64,000 nt of DNA from contig JAZDJN010000065.1 of NCBI GenBank assembly GCA_043803945.1, positions 1 to 64,000 of the forward strand. The letters are read 5' to 3'. Within the stretch, counting starts at the first letter, position 1; the number at the start of each line of letters is the position of its first letter. Below are positions 20,717-30,151 of this stretch, piece after piece. The stretch comes from a bacterium (GTDB lineage Bacteria > Bacteroidota > Ignavibacteria > UBA10030). The notes under the pieces were generated by a model. It ran no database searches. It was not told the DNA's origin and saw only the letters and a program-made list of their open reading frames with translations. Position numbers and translations under genes: made by a program.

Positions 20717-21265
20717 TTAGCCCCCAAAGAGAATACGGCAAATTAATACTGCACCGAGCATTCCGAAAACATCGGCGATTAATCCGGCAGGAACGGCATG
20801 GCGGGTGTTCTTTATCTGGACTGATCCAAAATAGACAGCCAGGACATAGAATGTTGTTTCGGAGCTTCCATACATTGTTGAAGCCAGAACTCCGATAAAC
20901 GAATCAGCACCATGCACTTTCATTAGCTCTGTCATAATACCGAGGGAGCCGCTCCCCGACAATGGGCGCATCAATGCCATCGGCAGAGTCTCCGGAGGCA
21001 TGCCGATGAGATTCGTCAGAGGTGCGAGCAGCGATGTTAAGAGTTCCATTGCACCACTCGCCCTAAAAATTCCAATAGCACACAGCATCGCCACGAGATA
21101 GGGAATAATTCTCACTGCTGTGTTGAAGCCATCCTTCGCCCCTTCAACAAACACTTCATACACTTTTACTTTTTTCACAATTCCCCAGCCGAGAAATGCA
21201 AAGAGAAGCAAGGGGATGGCGAGAATTGAAATAAGATTGATAACTACCCGGAAGAGCTCAGCCAT
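20717..21265 (-). CDS. spmB: SpmB-like nucleoside-recognition (Gate) membrane protein
   Basis: YEVFVEGAKDG, MRPLSGSG and GSSETTFYVLAVYFG motifs. Confidence 0.85.
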   Translation of the reverse strand: MAELFRVVINLISILAIPLLLFAFLGWGIVKKVKVYEVFVEGAKDGFNTAVRIIPYLVAMLCAIGIFRASGAMELLTSLLAPLTNLIGMPPETLPMALMRPLSGSGSLGIMTELMKVHGADSFIGVLASTMYGSSETTFYVLAVYFGSVQIKNTRHAVPAGLIADVFGMLGAVLICRILFGG

Positions 21266-22265
21266 TGGACACCTCCTTCTTCTCGATCGGTTCAATCTCC
21301 ATTTCTTTGCGATACCTCGGTAAGCGTTGGAGTAATTTCGCCGCAGTCACACCCGCCACCGTTGCGCAGAGAGCGCCAAAGATGGATGTGCCAATGATGA
21401 TGCCTGGGTTTGCCGAACCTGAAGATGCCCGAACAGCAATCGCAGTCGCCGGTATAAGGATCATTCCGCCGGTGTTGATTGCGAGAAACGTTATCATGGC
21501 ATTCGTTGCGGTTCCGACTTTTGGATTGAGTTTATTGAGTTCCTCCATCGCCTTCAATCCCATCGGCGTTGCAGCGTTGCTCAGTCCGAGCATGTTCGCT
21601 GCGATATTCATGATCATTGCTGCAACTGCCGGATGATCAGAAGGAATATCCGGGAAAAGCCGTCTCGTGATGGGTGTGAGCATTCGGGTGACGATCTTGA
21701 GAAGACCAGCTTCATCGGCAACCTTCATTACTCCAAGCCACAGAGCCATAATACCAATGAGGCCGAGAGCGATATTGACAGCCGTGGTTGCATAGTCGAG
21801 TGCCGCCTGAGTCACTGCTTTGATCTTCACGAATCGAATCGGCTCGATCACGCATTCGATCATTGCAGTTCGATGATCTTCCGCAAGCTGGAAGGAGGTT
21901 ACAACCGCTGAGAGCTTTTCCTTGCTCATACCGCTTTTGGCCATCTCTTTCCATCGCTCCGGGGTCGATTGATCAATTGAGAGTATTGCAGACGCCTCAC
22001 CCTGTTGTGATACCGCAATCGTAATCGGTTGATTGATGTCTTCTTGAGCAGAGCGAGGTCCATAGAAGTCTGCAAATGCTTTTGCAGAGAGTGTCAGCAC
22101 ACCTTCGTATGTAGACCGCATCTCCGATGGAGTTTTGGTGATTTGAACGTTAGCCTTCAGTGGTACGCCATTACGATAGGTGTTATTGACTTCATCTCGA
22201 ATATCGTTTCCGGCTGCCACCAAGATTCCGATGATGATGAGCGAAATCCAGATATAGTTTAGCAT
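21258..22265 (-). CDS. spmA: SpmA-like membrane protein with a large soluble insertion
   Basis: MLNYIW N-terminus; LWLG.M, NIAANMLGL.NAATP.GLKAM motifs. Confidence 0.8.
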   Translation of the reverse strand: MLNYIWISLIIIGILVAAGNDIRDEVNNTYRNGVPLKANVQITKTPSEMRSTYEGVLTLSAKAFADFYGPRSAQEDINQPITIAVSQQGEASAILSIDQSTPERWKEMAKSGMSKEKLSAVVTSFQLAEDHRTAMIECVIEPIRFVKIKAVTQAALDYATTAVNIALGLIGIMALWLGVMKVADEAGLLKIVTRMLTPITRRLFPDIPSDHPAVAAMIMNIAANMLGLSNAATPMGLKAMEELNKLNPKVGTATNAMITFLAINTGGMILIPATAIAVRASSGSANPGIIIGTSIFGALCATVAGVTAAKLLQRLPRYRKEMEIEPIEKKEVSNG

Positions 22266-22529
22266 AGAGTGTCAGTACTTCTGGTAGTTGGAATTATTTG
22301 TGACGATGGTGTTAAAGTATAGCTTTTCATCCAAAAAGCAAGCGCCACTCCCTCCTCAAACACATAATTCGCAAAGGCCTTCGTCTCCCTCTGCTTTGCA
22401 AGGGAGTTCTCAAATCGCTATCTTTGTAAGTCTAACTTGCACATCAGATAACAAATCATGCAACTTACACCACAAATTGAAATTTCTGTACTAATCCCTT
22501 ACGTCAAATCGCTTTCTTCTTCCAAGTCG

Positions 22530-23525
22530 ATGCCTTCACTTCGCAGGAAGGTAGATGAATTAAGAGAGTACCTTTCACAGGTATCAAAGAGATCGACAAT
22601 CATGTCAAGCGGGGGCACACTCAGACTCGATTTTCTCCTGGGGGAACTCGACCAAATTGTCTCGTCTCAAACAATCGAACGAGCCAGGTATTATGTGAAG
22701 AGATTGGAAAAATCGCTCACTGCTGCCAAAACTTCCAAACTGAACGACCTGAACCTGAACCGGTGGAAAGAATATACCTCCATCATCACCGATAGTTTAT
22801 GGATTCTTGACAAGCGCGATGCTTCCGGAGAACATGCAGCCTGGTACTGGGGGAATTTTATTCCACAGATCCCACACCAATTGATGCTTCGGTATACCAA
22901 ACAGAATGAATGGGTTCTCGATCCATTTGCCGGAAGCGGTACTACCCTCATCGAGGCACAACGACTGGGAAGAAACTGCCTCGGTGTGGAGTTGCAGCCA
23001 GCTATTGCCAGAAAGGCACACAGATTACTGAAGAAAGAAAAGATCCTCCACCCGGAGATCACAACGGCAATTGAGGTTGGCGATAGCCGGACCGTCAATT
23101 TCCAGAAACTGCTCAAACCATATGGAATCCGATCGGCGCAGTTAGCAATCCTCCATCCTCCTTACCATGATATTATCCGGTTCAGTTCGAAACGTAATGA
23201 TCTCTCAAACCTCAAATCCGTTGAGCGTTTCGCGGGCGCATTTGGAGAAGTGGTTGAAAACGTGAGTGAAGTTCTTGACCCGGGAAGATATCTCGCTCTG
23301 GTCATAGGCGACAAATACGAGAAAGGGATCTGGATTCCGCTTGGATTTCTCCTGATGCAACGGGTCTTAGAGCTTGGATTTTCCCTGAAAAGCATTGTAA
23401 TTAAGAATTTTGAGGAGACTTTAGGCAAACGCAACCAGAAGAAACTCTGGCGATACCGGGCCCTTGCCGGTGGTTTTTATGTCTTCAAACACGAGTATAT
23501 TTTCATCTTCCAGAAGAATAAATGA
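22530..23525 (+). CDS. DNA amino-methyltransferase (N4-C/N6-A)
   Basis: DPFAGSGTT (motif I) followed by HPPY (motif IV); start codon uncertain. Confidence 0.85.
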   Translation: MPSLRRKVDELREYLSQVSKRSTIMSSGGTLRLDFLLGELDQIVSSQTIERARYYVKRLEKSLTAAKTSKLNDLNLNRWKEYTSIITDSLWILDKRDASGEHAAWYWGNFIPQIPHQLMLRYTKQNEWVLDPFAGSGTTLIEAQRLGRNCLGVELQPAIARKAHRLLKKEKILHPEITTAIEVGDSRTVNFQKLLKPYGIRSAQLAILHPPYHDIIRFSSKRNDLSNLKSVERFAGAFGEVVENVSEVLDPGRYLALVIGDKYEKGIWIPLGFLLMQRVLELGFSLKSIVIKNFEETLGKRNQKKLWRYRALAGGFYVFKHEYIFIFQKNK

Positions 23526-23533
23526 ATTCGCTC

Positions 23534-23562
23534 TTGAAAGAATAGATTAGAGATAGTATTAT
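23534..23562 (+). promoter_or_regulatory. Sigma70-like promoter
   Basis: TTGAAA-17 nt-TATTAT upstream of 23622. Confidence 0.45.
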
Positions 23563-23621
23563 TCAATCAATCCTTTATCAGAATCACCATTATAGTCACT
23601 GGTCTCTAGAACGAGGATCGT

Positions 23622-24260
23622 ATGCATTTCACTCTGGATATCCGGGAACAGGAGCTAAAGAAACGGTTCGCTCATCCGTACGAGTGGGGGCAAAAGCAGA
23701 ATGATGCATGGGATGAACAGACTGATTTCATTTATCACATTTTCAGCTTCGAAGCGCTGGTGAAAGAAGTTGAAACCCGATTTCACACAATGCTGAACTA
23801 TAAAGAGTTCTACAACTACACATTGAATCGATGGTATAATTTCTGGTCGGCAAAAGCTATCGAACAAATATTCTGTTCTCATCCAATCGTGAAAGGAGCC
23901 ACGGATAACAGAGACCGTCTTCGCGATTTCAAAGTCAACAACATCAACTTCGATCACAAGACTTCAACCTATCCGCGAGGTTTCAACCATGACCTCACCT
24001 ATGGTCAAAAGCACCCGAAAGAACTAGTCGAATGGTTTTACCGGCACCAGAGTCAGCAGCGGCGAAAGCATCATGAGAATCGGATCTTCATCATTCTCTA
24101 TTCATCCGATGGCGAGCATTGGAAACTGAAGGCGGAACTCGGCTGGATTGAGAAGCTGATCAAAGGGTATCTCGATGGATTCGATGAGACAAAACTCTTC
24201 AGGTTTACGTTTGACCAGAAGCACGAAATTGTCGCCGATGTGATCTGGGCAATAAATTAA
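23622..24260 (+). CDS. Hypothetical protein, putative type II restriction endonuclease
   Basis: Directly downstream of the MTase; D...FDHKTS resembles a PD-(D/E)XK active site. Confidence 0.5.
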   Translation: MHFTLDIREQELKKRFAHPYEWGQKQNDAWDEQTDFIYHIFSFEALVKEVETRFHTMLNYKEFYNYTLNRWYNFWSAKAIEQIFCSHPIVKGATDNRDRLRDFKVNNINFDHKTSTYPRGFNHDLTYGQKHPKELVEWFYRHQSQQRRKHHENRIFIILYSSDGEHWKLKAELGWIEKLIKGYLDGFDETKLFRFTFDQKHEIVADVIWAIN

Positions 24261-24341
24261 GTGTAACCTTCCGAAGGTTACACAGAGACCTCATAGAGCC
24301 TTCGGAAGGTTACGCAGATTTGTTCGAACCTTCCGAAGGTT
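24261..24341. repeat. REP/BIME array, left part
   Basis: GTGTAACCTTCCGAAGGTTACAC palindrome plus two more CCTTC(C/G)GAAGG cores with conserved linkers. Confidence 0.85.
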
Positions 24342-24467
24342 GAACTAAGCCGCTTTGCGGCAGCGCAGACTTGTTCTTTGACAATAAGGATATTGCCCGA
24401 GGAGACTACATGAGGTACATTTGAGCGGGAGTTCACGGATTACTCACACCACTCAAAGGAGATACTC

Positions 24468-25321
24468 ATGGGCGAGATACGAGATCAAATGGTGATGGCG
24501 ATGCGGCTGAGGAATTTTAGTCCAAAGACCATCAAGTGCTACCTTTCGATTGCAAGAGGATTTGTACGGATGTTTGGTAAGTCCCCCGCAGAGATGGGAG
24601 AAGAAGAAGTACAGCGATATCTTCAAAGTCTTATGGAACGAAAGGCCAGTTGGGCAACCATTCGTCAGGCAAGCAGTGGGTTAAAATTTCTCTATCAAGA
24701 CACGTTGAAGCGGGAATGGCAGGTAGAGAACCTTCCGCATCCGAAACGGGAGAAGCGCCTTCCGATAGTATTATCGACGGAAGAGGTCAAGCGGCTTCTT
24801 GATGCAATGAATACCCTGAAGCACCGGATGGTGTTGATGGCATGCTATTCCGCAGGGTTGCGGGTGGGCGAAGCGGTTCGTCTGAAGGTAACAGACATCG
24901 ACAGCCAGCGGATGCAGATCCGTGTTGAACAAGGCAAAGGGAAGAAAGATCGCTACACGCTGCTCTCCATAACATTGCTTGAGCAGCTTCGGATGTACTG
25001 GAAACTCTATCGCCCGCAGCAGTGGCTTTTTGCTGGCAGAATACCTGGAAGAGCGCTGACAGAAAGCAGCGTGCAACGCGCCTTCACACGGGCAAAAAAA
25101 AAGCCGGTATCACCAAGCATGTGACAGTTCATTCCCTACGCCACAGCTTTGCGACCCACCTTCTGGAGTCGGGTACCGATATTTTTGTTATCCAACAGTT
25201 GCTCGGACACTCCAACCTGAAGTCCACAAGCATCTACCTCCATCTGCGGCGAGCAAGCATCGACAAAATTGTAAATCCGCTTGATCGTTTGATGGCTCCT
25301 CTGACGGAGATGCAATCATGA
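24468..25321 (+). CDS. Tyrosine recombinase (SAM-like N-domain + catalytic domain) split by a -1 frameshift at A9 (25094-25102)
   Basis: YSAGLRVGE and GKGKKDRY in frame 1; [13 protein letters not shown] and LLGH...T.IY in the -1 frame. Confidence 0.85.
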
Positions 25322-26520
25322 CGACACGCACGTTGGAGGTGGCAGATGTGATACGAGCATACGGCAGCGAATATAGAAAGACTCACAAACTTCCGGTGCG
25401 ACATTTACGGGCACTCCATAGCATCACCTCATGCCGAACAGCGGCTCTGGGTGGACATGTAGATCGGTGTGATGCCTGTGGCTATCAGCGTATATCCTAT
25501 AACTCATGCCGGAATAGGCATTGTCCAAAGTGTGGTTCATTGGCAAAAGAGAAGTGGTTACGAGCACGAAAAGAGGAGCTTCTTCCTGTTCCCTACTTTC
25601 ACATCGTCTTCACACTTCCGGATGATCTCAATGCACTAACACTTATCAATCAGCGTGTGATGTATGCGATGCTGTTTCAAGCTGCAGCCGAGACACTCTT
25701 GCATCTTGGACGTGATCAAAAGCATCTGGGTGCTGAAGTGGGACTGATTGCAGTCTTGCATACGTGGGGACAGAACTTGATGGATCATCCTCACGTGCAT
25801 TGTATTGTTCCTGGAGGTGGACTTTCACAGGACGGGATGAGATGGATTGCGTCGCGGAAAAACTTTTTCATACCAGTCCACGTGCTCTCCCAGGTTTTTC
25901 GAGGCAAGTTTCTGGAACAGTTGAAGAAGGCATATCTAAGCCAAAGGCTTATGAGCCCCCGGCTCAGTGTGCGACAAATAAGGTGTATTGGTAAGGCATC
26001 GTCACTTGATTGCAGAGAGACATTTCAGACGTTGCTTGACCGGCTTTACAGCAAAGGATGGATTGTGTATGCAAAGCAGCCGTTTGGCGGACCAGAACAG
26101 GTGCTTGCGTATCTTGGCCGATACACCCATCGGGTAGCAATTTCAAATCATCGATTGGTGGAGATGACCGAAGGCAAGGTCAGCTTCCAATGGCGAGATT
26201 ATCGAGATAAAGACAAAGAAAAGATTATGTCGGTGGAAGCGAGTGAGTTTCTTCGCCGGTTCTTGTTACACATCCTCCCTGATGGAATGTGTAAGATTCG
26301 CTATTACGGTTTACTCAGCAATAGAAAACGAACGGATCGTTTGGACAAGTGCAGAACGCTTCTCGATGCACCACTACAAGACGTCGAGCCAGAGACTGTG
26401 ACGTGGCAGGAGTTGTTGTTAGAACTTACAGGCATCGATGTTCTGGTATGTCCAAGTTGTCATAAAGGAAAGATGTTGAATGAACGAATGCTTCAACCTA
26501 ATCAGCATGCGCCACCATAG
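25318..26520 (+). CDS. IS91-family (Y2 HUH) transposase
   Basis: Zn-binding [13 protein letters not shown] motif HPHVH, YLGRY and IRYYGLL motifs. Confidence 0.92.
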   Translation: MTTRTLEVADVIRAYGSEYRKTHKLPVRHLRALHSITSCRTAALGGHVDRCDACGYQRISYNSCRNRHCPKCGSLAKEKWLRARKEELLPVPYFHIVFTLPDDLNALTLINQRVMYAMLFQAAAETLLHLGRDQKHLGAEVGLIAVLHTWGQNLMDHPHVHCIVPGGGLSQDGMRWIASRKNFFIPVHVLSQVFRGKFLEQLKKAYLSQRLMSPRLSVRQIRCIGKASSLDCRETFQTLLDRLYSKGWIVYAKQPFGGPEQVLAYLGRYTHRVAISNHRLVEMTEGKVSFQWRDYRDKDKEKIMSVEASEFLRRFLLHILPDGMCKIRYYGLLSNRKRTDRLDKCRTLLDAPLQDVEPETVTWQELLLELTGIDVLVCPSCHKGKMLNERMLQPNQHAPP

Positions 26521-26759
26521 GAACGAGTATAACAAAGAAAGAGAATACTCAAAACAAGCGGCAAGGAATAACTATGCCCTTGACAAAAAGATGGCACAAC
26601 CTATGATGATTCCATTAGATTGTCTCAGCACAGATGATCTGAAATCTGTGTTCCTTACTCTGAGAAGTGGATGGCAGGGATCGATCTTCCAGATAACGCC
26701 TATGATTGAATACCCATATAGGAAAGGTTTTGCGGCTTCCCTGCCTGCCGGCAGGCAGG

Positions 26760-26849
26760 GTTCAACCGAATTTTATCCGCACTTGAGTCTAAGGACTCTT
26801 CAAAACGAATATTTTTTTTGTCTCAAGCACGGATAAAATCCTAAACGTT
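26760..26849. other. attC-like hairpin at the element right end
   Basis: GTTCAAC (RYYYAAC), then an 18-bp imperfect stem ATTTTATCCGCACTTGAG / CTCAAGCACGGATAAAAT, then GTT. Confidence 0.6.
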
Positions 26850-26941
26850 ATACCGAGACCTCATAGAGCCTTCGGAAGGTTTCGCGGATTTATTCGAACC
26901 TTCCGAAGGTTATACCGAGACCTCAGAGGGCCTTCCGAAGG
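26848..26941. repeat. REP/BIME array, middle part
   Basis: Three CCTTC(C/G)GAAGG cores with linkers ATACCGAGACCTCA.AG.G and TTCGCGGATTT.TTCG. Confidence 0.85.
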
Positions 26942-26955
26942 ATCCAGGGTAAGTT

Positions 26956-27516
26956 ATGAAATACATCGACAATCAGTATTATCACATCTATAACCGCGGT
27001 GCACATAAAGCACTTATCTTCTTCAATTCGGAAAATTACAGATACTGTTTAGATGTACTCAAGAATAATGCTTCACGCCATAACGTTCTCATCGCAGCAT
27101 ATTGTCTGATGCCGAATCATTACCATTTGGTGATGAAGCAATTAGATAGTGGTTCAATCTCGAGATGTATCCAAACAACATTCAACACATATACCCAAGC
27201 GATCAATGTTAGAAGGAATCATTCCGGAACCATGTTTCAAGGAAAAGCTAAGGCAAAACTAGTCAATAGTGATTCCTATGTTTTTCAACTCATCCGTTAT
27301 GTTCACTTGAATCCTGTAGAAGCTCAACTTGTAACTCGACCTGAAGACTGGATTTTTTCTGACTATGCTGATTGGGCAGGAATTCGAGAGAGAAAAACTT
27401 TCAATAGTAGCTTAAGAGATATGTTCTTTAAAAATGGAGAGGAGTATAAAGAGTTCGTCCAACAACATAGGCGGGAAGAGATTAAAAAGAACATCGGAAG
27501 ATATCTAATGGACTGA
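26956..27516 (+). CDS. REP-associated tyrosine transposase (RAYT, IS200-like Y1 HUH)
   Basis: YHIYNRG, YCLMPNHYHL, YVHLNPV and W.FS.Y motifs; REPs on both sides. Confidence 0.9.
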   Translation: MKYIDNQYYHIYNRGAHKALIFFNSENYRYCLDVLKNNASRHNVLIAAYCLMPNHYHLVMKQLDSGSISRCIQTTFNTYTQAINVRRNHSGTMFQGKAKAKLVNSDSYVFQLIRYVHLNPVEAQLVTRPEDWIFSDYADWAGIRERKTFNSSLRDMFFKNGEEYKEFVQQHRREEIKKNIGRYLMD

Positions 27517-27522
27517 GGTTTG

Positions 27523-27640
27523 AACCTTCGGAAGGTTACACAGAGACCTCAGAGGGCCTTCGGAAGGATTCGCGGATTTGTTCGAACCTTCCGAAGGTTA
27601 TATCGAGACCTCTTAGAGCCTTCGGAAGGTTTCGCGGATA
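27523..27640. repeat. REP/BIME array, right part
   Basis: Four further cores in about 62-bp composite units. Confidence 0.85.
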
Positions 27641-27643
27641 CAA

Positions 27644-28669
27644 TTACGAGTGAGAATAATCGGCCGCTCGTTCGCCGGTCGTACAGGTGATGATAACGAG
27701 ATCCAAAACGAGGTGCGGGTCGCGTGAGGTAGTTTTAAGGATCGTGTCGGCATCGAGCAAGGCAGAGAAGCTATGCTCAATCTCTTCGGAAGAATACTTG
27801 GTGCGGAACAGGAGATACTGCTTCAGAATCGAGGGAGGTAGATTGAATTCTTTTTCCAATTCATACTCCGAGAGCCTCCGCATGGCGGGATCGTAAAGTT
27901 TCCAGAGTTGGGTAAAAAATTTCGTGAGCATGATAATAATATATTGGGGCGATTGACCCATTTCCAGCATACGTTCCAGAATTCTCACTGCCTCCCTGGT
28001 GTCTTTTCTCCCTATTGCGTTTTGTAATTCGAAAATTGTAAATCCCTTGGTTGCTCCAACAACGCTCGCCACATCTTCGGGAGTAATTTCTTTCCTCTCG
28101 CCTATAAAGATGAACAGTTTATCAATCTCATTTTGAAGTGCCCTGAGAGAATTTCCCACATACGCATGCAAGAGTTGGCATGCTTCAGGCGTAATCTGCC
28201 GTCCGGCAATTCTGATCCGCTCGCGGATCCAGGGTGGGACCTGATTATCGAAAAAAGGCTTGCATTCGATCAGGACAGCTTTTTTCTTCAACTCATTAAA
28301 GGGTTTCTTCCTGAAATCCTTCTCAGCCGTGACAAGCACGAAACAAGTCGATAGCAGCGGATTATTGATGTAGGCGGAGATGATTTCCCTGTCCGTATCA
28401 CCAATCAATAACTTCTCAAATTCCTTCACTACCACCACCCTGCGTTCACTCATCATCGGGAAAGATGTTGCATGGGCAATGACTTCTTTCGCGTCAACTT
28501 TATTTCCGTAAACAACATCCAGGTTGAATCCCTTCATTTCAGGGGTTACCGCCAGTTCGATGATCGCGTGTATCCCCTCATCGATAAAAAAATCCTCTGT
28601 TCCATAAAAAAGATAGAGTGGAGCGAGAGCGGACGCTGAGAGTGATTGTTTGAACTCTGAGAAGGTCAT
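27644..28669 (-). CDS. holA: DNA polymerase III delta subunit
   Basis: YLFYG.EDF, FPMMSERRVVVV, NEIDKL and IFEL..AI motifs. Confidence 0.88.
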   Translation of the reverse strand: MTFSEFKQSLSASALAPLYLFYGTEDFFIDEGIHAIIELAVTPEMKGFNLDVVYGNKVDAKEVIAHATSFPMMSERRVVVVKEFEKLLIGDTDREIISAYINNPLLSTCFVLVTAEKDFRKKPFNELKKKAVLIECKPFFDNQVPPWIRERIRIAGRQITPEACQLLHAYVGNSLRALQNEIDKLFIFIGERKEITPEDVASVVGATKGFTIFELQNAIGRKDTREAVRILERMLEMGQSPQYIIIMLTKFFTQLWKLYDPAMRRLSEYELEKEFNLPPSILKQYLLFRTKYSSEEIEHSFSALLDADTILKTTSRDPHLVLDLVIITCTTGERAADYSHS

Positions 28670-28726
28670 AGAGTAATTGAGTTATTGAATCATTTGCGCA
28701 TGCGCCTCTGGCGCGGGATCATTGAA

Positions 28727-29287
28727 TCACTCATTCTTAATAATCTTTACCTTTACCATGACTATATCTTCCACTGGTTGATCGCTTCGATCCGTTTTTG
28801 CATTGCCCATGGCTTGAACGACTTCCATTCCCTTCACAACTTTTCCAAACACTGTATGTTTGCCATCGAGCCACGGCGTCGCGGCAAGAGTGATAAAAAA
28901 CTGGCTTCCATTGGATTTGGGCATCCCGGTATTTGCCATTGAGAGGATTCCAGGACCTGTATGCTTTAACGAAGGTACAATTTCATCTTCAAATCCCGCA
29001 CCGTAAATACTCTGGCCGCCCATCCCGGTACCTGTTGGATCGCCGCCCTGGATCATGAAATTCGCAATGACCCGATGGAACTTCACCCCGTCATAATATC
29101 CCTTCTCCGCTAATCCTACGAAGTTATTCACTGTCTTGGGGGTTTCTTTCTGGAACAATTCCACTTCAATGACTCCTTTGCTTGTCTCAATTTGTGCAAT
29201 CACAGGCTGCTCCTTTGATTTGATCATGAATAGTATGACTGCACCGACAAGAGCAATCCCGATAATTCCGATCAGTATTCGTTTCAT
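28727..29287 (-). CDS. Cyclophilin-type peptidyl-prolyl isomerase
   Basis: [21 protein letters not shown] and NGSQFFIT motifs. Confidence 0.93.
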   Translation of the reverse strand: MKRILIGIIGIALVGAVILFMIKSKEQPVIAQIETSKGVIEVELFQKETPKTVNNFVGLAEKGYYDGVKFHRVIANFMIQGGDPTGTGMGGQSIYGAGFEDEIVPSLKHTGPGILSMANTGMPKSNGSQFFITLAATPWLDGKHTVFGKVVKGMEVVQAMGNAKTDRSDQPVEDIVMVKVKIIKNE

Positions 29288-29311
29288 CCTTAGTACTCTC
29301 GTTGGTGACTG

Positions 29312-30127
29312 TTATAAGAATACGATTCCAATGATACCGACGATCAAACAATAATAGGCGAACAAACTGAATTTCCCTTTCTCCACAATCTTCAAGAGAA
29401 ACTTGATGGCAACATATCCGGTGATAAATGCAACGATGGTCCCAGCACAGATTTCAATCAGGACATCGCTCGATAAACCGATTGCAATCATCTCTCTCGA
29501 CTTCATAATTGTCGCACCGGCAACGGCAGGCAGGGAGAGCAGGAAGGAAAATCGTGCTGCCTTCACCGGAGAGACCTTCAGAAACAGTGCTGCGCTGATG
29601 GTGGATCCGGAGCGGGAAAAACCCGGCAAAATGGCGAATGCCTGGGCCACACCTATTAAAACACTCGATAACGGTGAGACAGATTTACCTTCAACGGGCT
29701 TTGCAAATCTCGTGAGAAACAGAATTAGCCCGGTGACCACCAACATTACAGCAACGAGTTTTGGATCGGTGAATGCAGCTTCAATCTGCTCCTTGAAACC
29801 AATACCGATGACAGCGGCAGGAATCGAACCGAGCAAAATTAAGAGCCCCAGCCGAAAATGTTCAGATGCATCATAATACTCTTTCGAGAATTTCATCCCG
29901 GTGAAAGCTTTCACGGTCGAATCGGTAATACCAACGATATCCTTCCAGAAGACCAACGTCACACTTAATAAGGTTCCAAAGTGAACGAACACTTCAAAAG
30001 TAATATCATTCGTTTTCGCTACATGAAGCAGATTGCTGGCGAGAACAAGATGACCCGAACTGCTAACCGGCAGGAATTCAGTCAAACCCTGAATGAATCC
30101 AAGTACAATCGCCTGAAGAAGTGTCAC
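29312..30127 (-). CDS. uppP: Undecaprenyl-diphosphate phosphatase
   Basis: QGLTEFLPVSSSGHL and PGFSRSG.T motifs. Confidence 0.93.
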   Translation of the reverse strand: MTLLQAIVLGFIQGLTEFLPVSSSGHLVLASNLLHVAKTNDITFEVFVHFGTLLSVTLVFWKDIVGITDSTVKAFTGMKFSKEYYDASEHFRLGLLILLGSIPAAVIGIGFKEQIEAAFTDPKLVAVMLVVTGLILFLTRFAKPVEGKSVSPLSSVLIGVAQAFAILPGFSRSGSTISAALFLKVSPVKAARFSFLLSLPAVAGATIMKSREMIAIGLSSDVLIEICAGTIVAFITGYVAIKFLLKIVEKGKFSLFAYYCLIVGIIGIVFL

Positions 30128-30151
30128 AGTAATCCTTTCGAACCATACTCA

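Larger units (their letters stand above)
24340..26847 (+). mobile_element. Tyrosine recombinase + IS91-like transposase element inserted at a G|TT in the REP array
   Basis: Removing 24340-26847 restores GAACCTTCCGAAGG-TTATACCGAGACC, identical to the intact unit at 26896-26922. Sub-terminal IRs are GTTGAACTAAGCCGC and GCGGCTTC..GTTCAAC. Confidence 0.85.

Noticed and set aside
26480-26836. 118-aa ORF as a third element gene
   Set aside because: It runs across the promoter, IR, inserted palindrome and hairpin, with no recognisable motif; likely spurious.
24468-26849. Classical integron (intI-attI-cassette array)
   Set aside because: The recombinase seems to lack the IntI-specific insertion, lies inside the mobile unit, and only one attC-like site is present.
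24261-27640. CRISPR array from the CCTTCnGAAGG repeats
   Set aside because: The linkers are conserved and alternate; RAYT adjacency explains them as REP/BIME.
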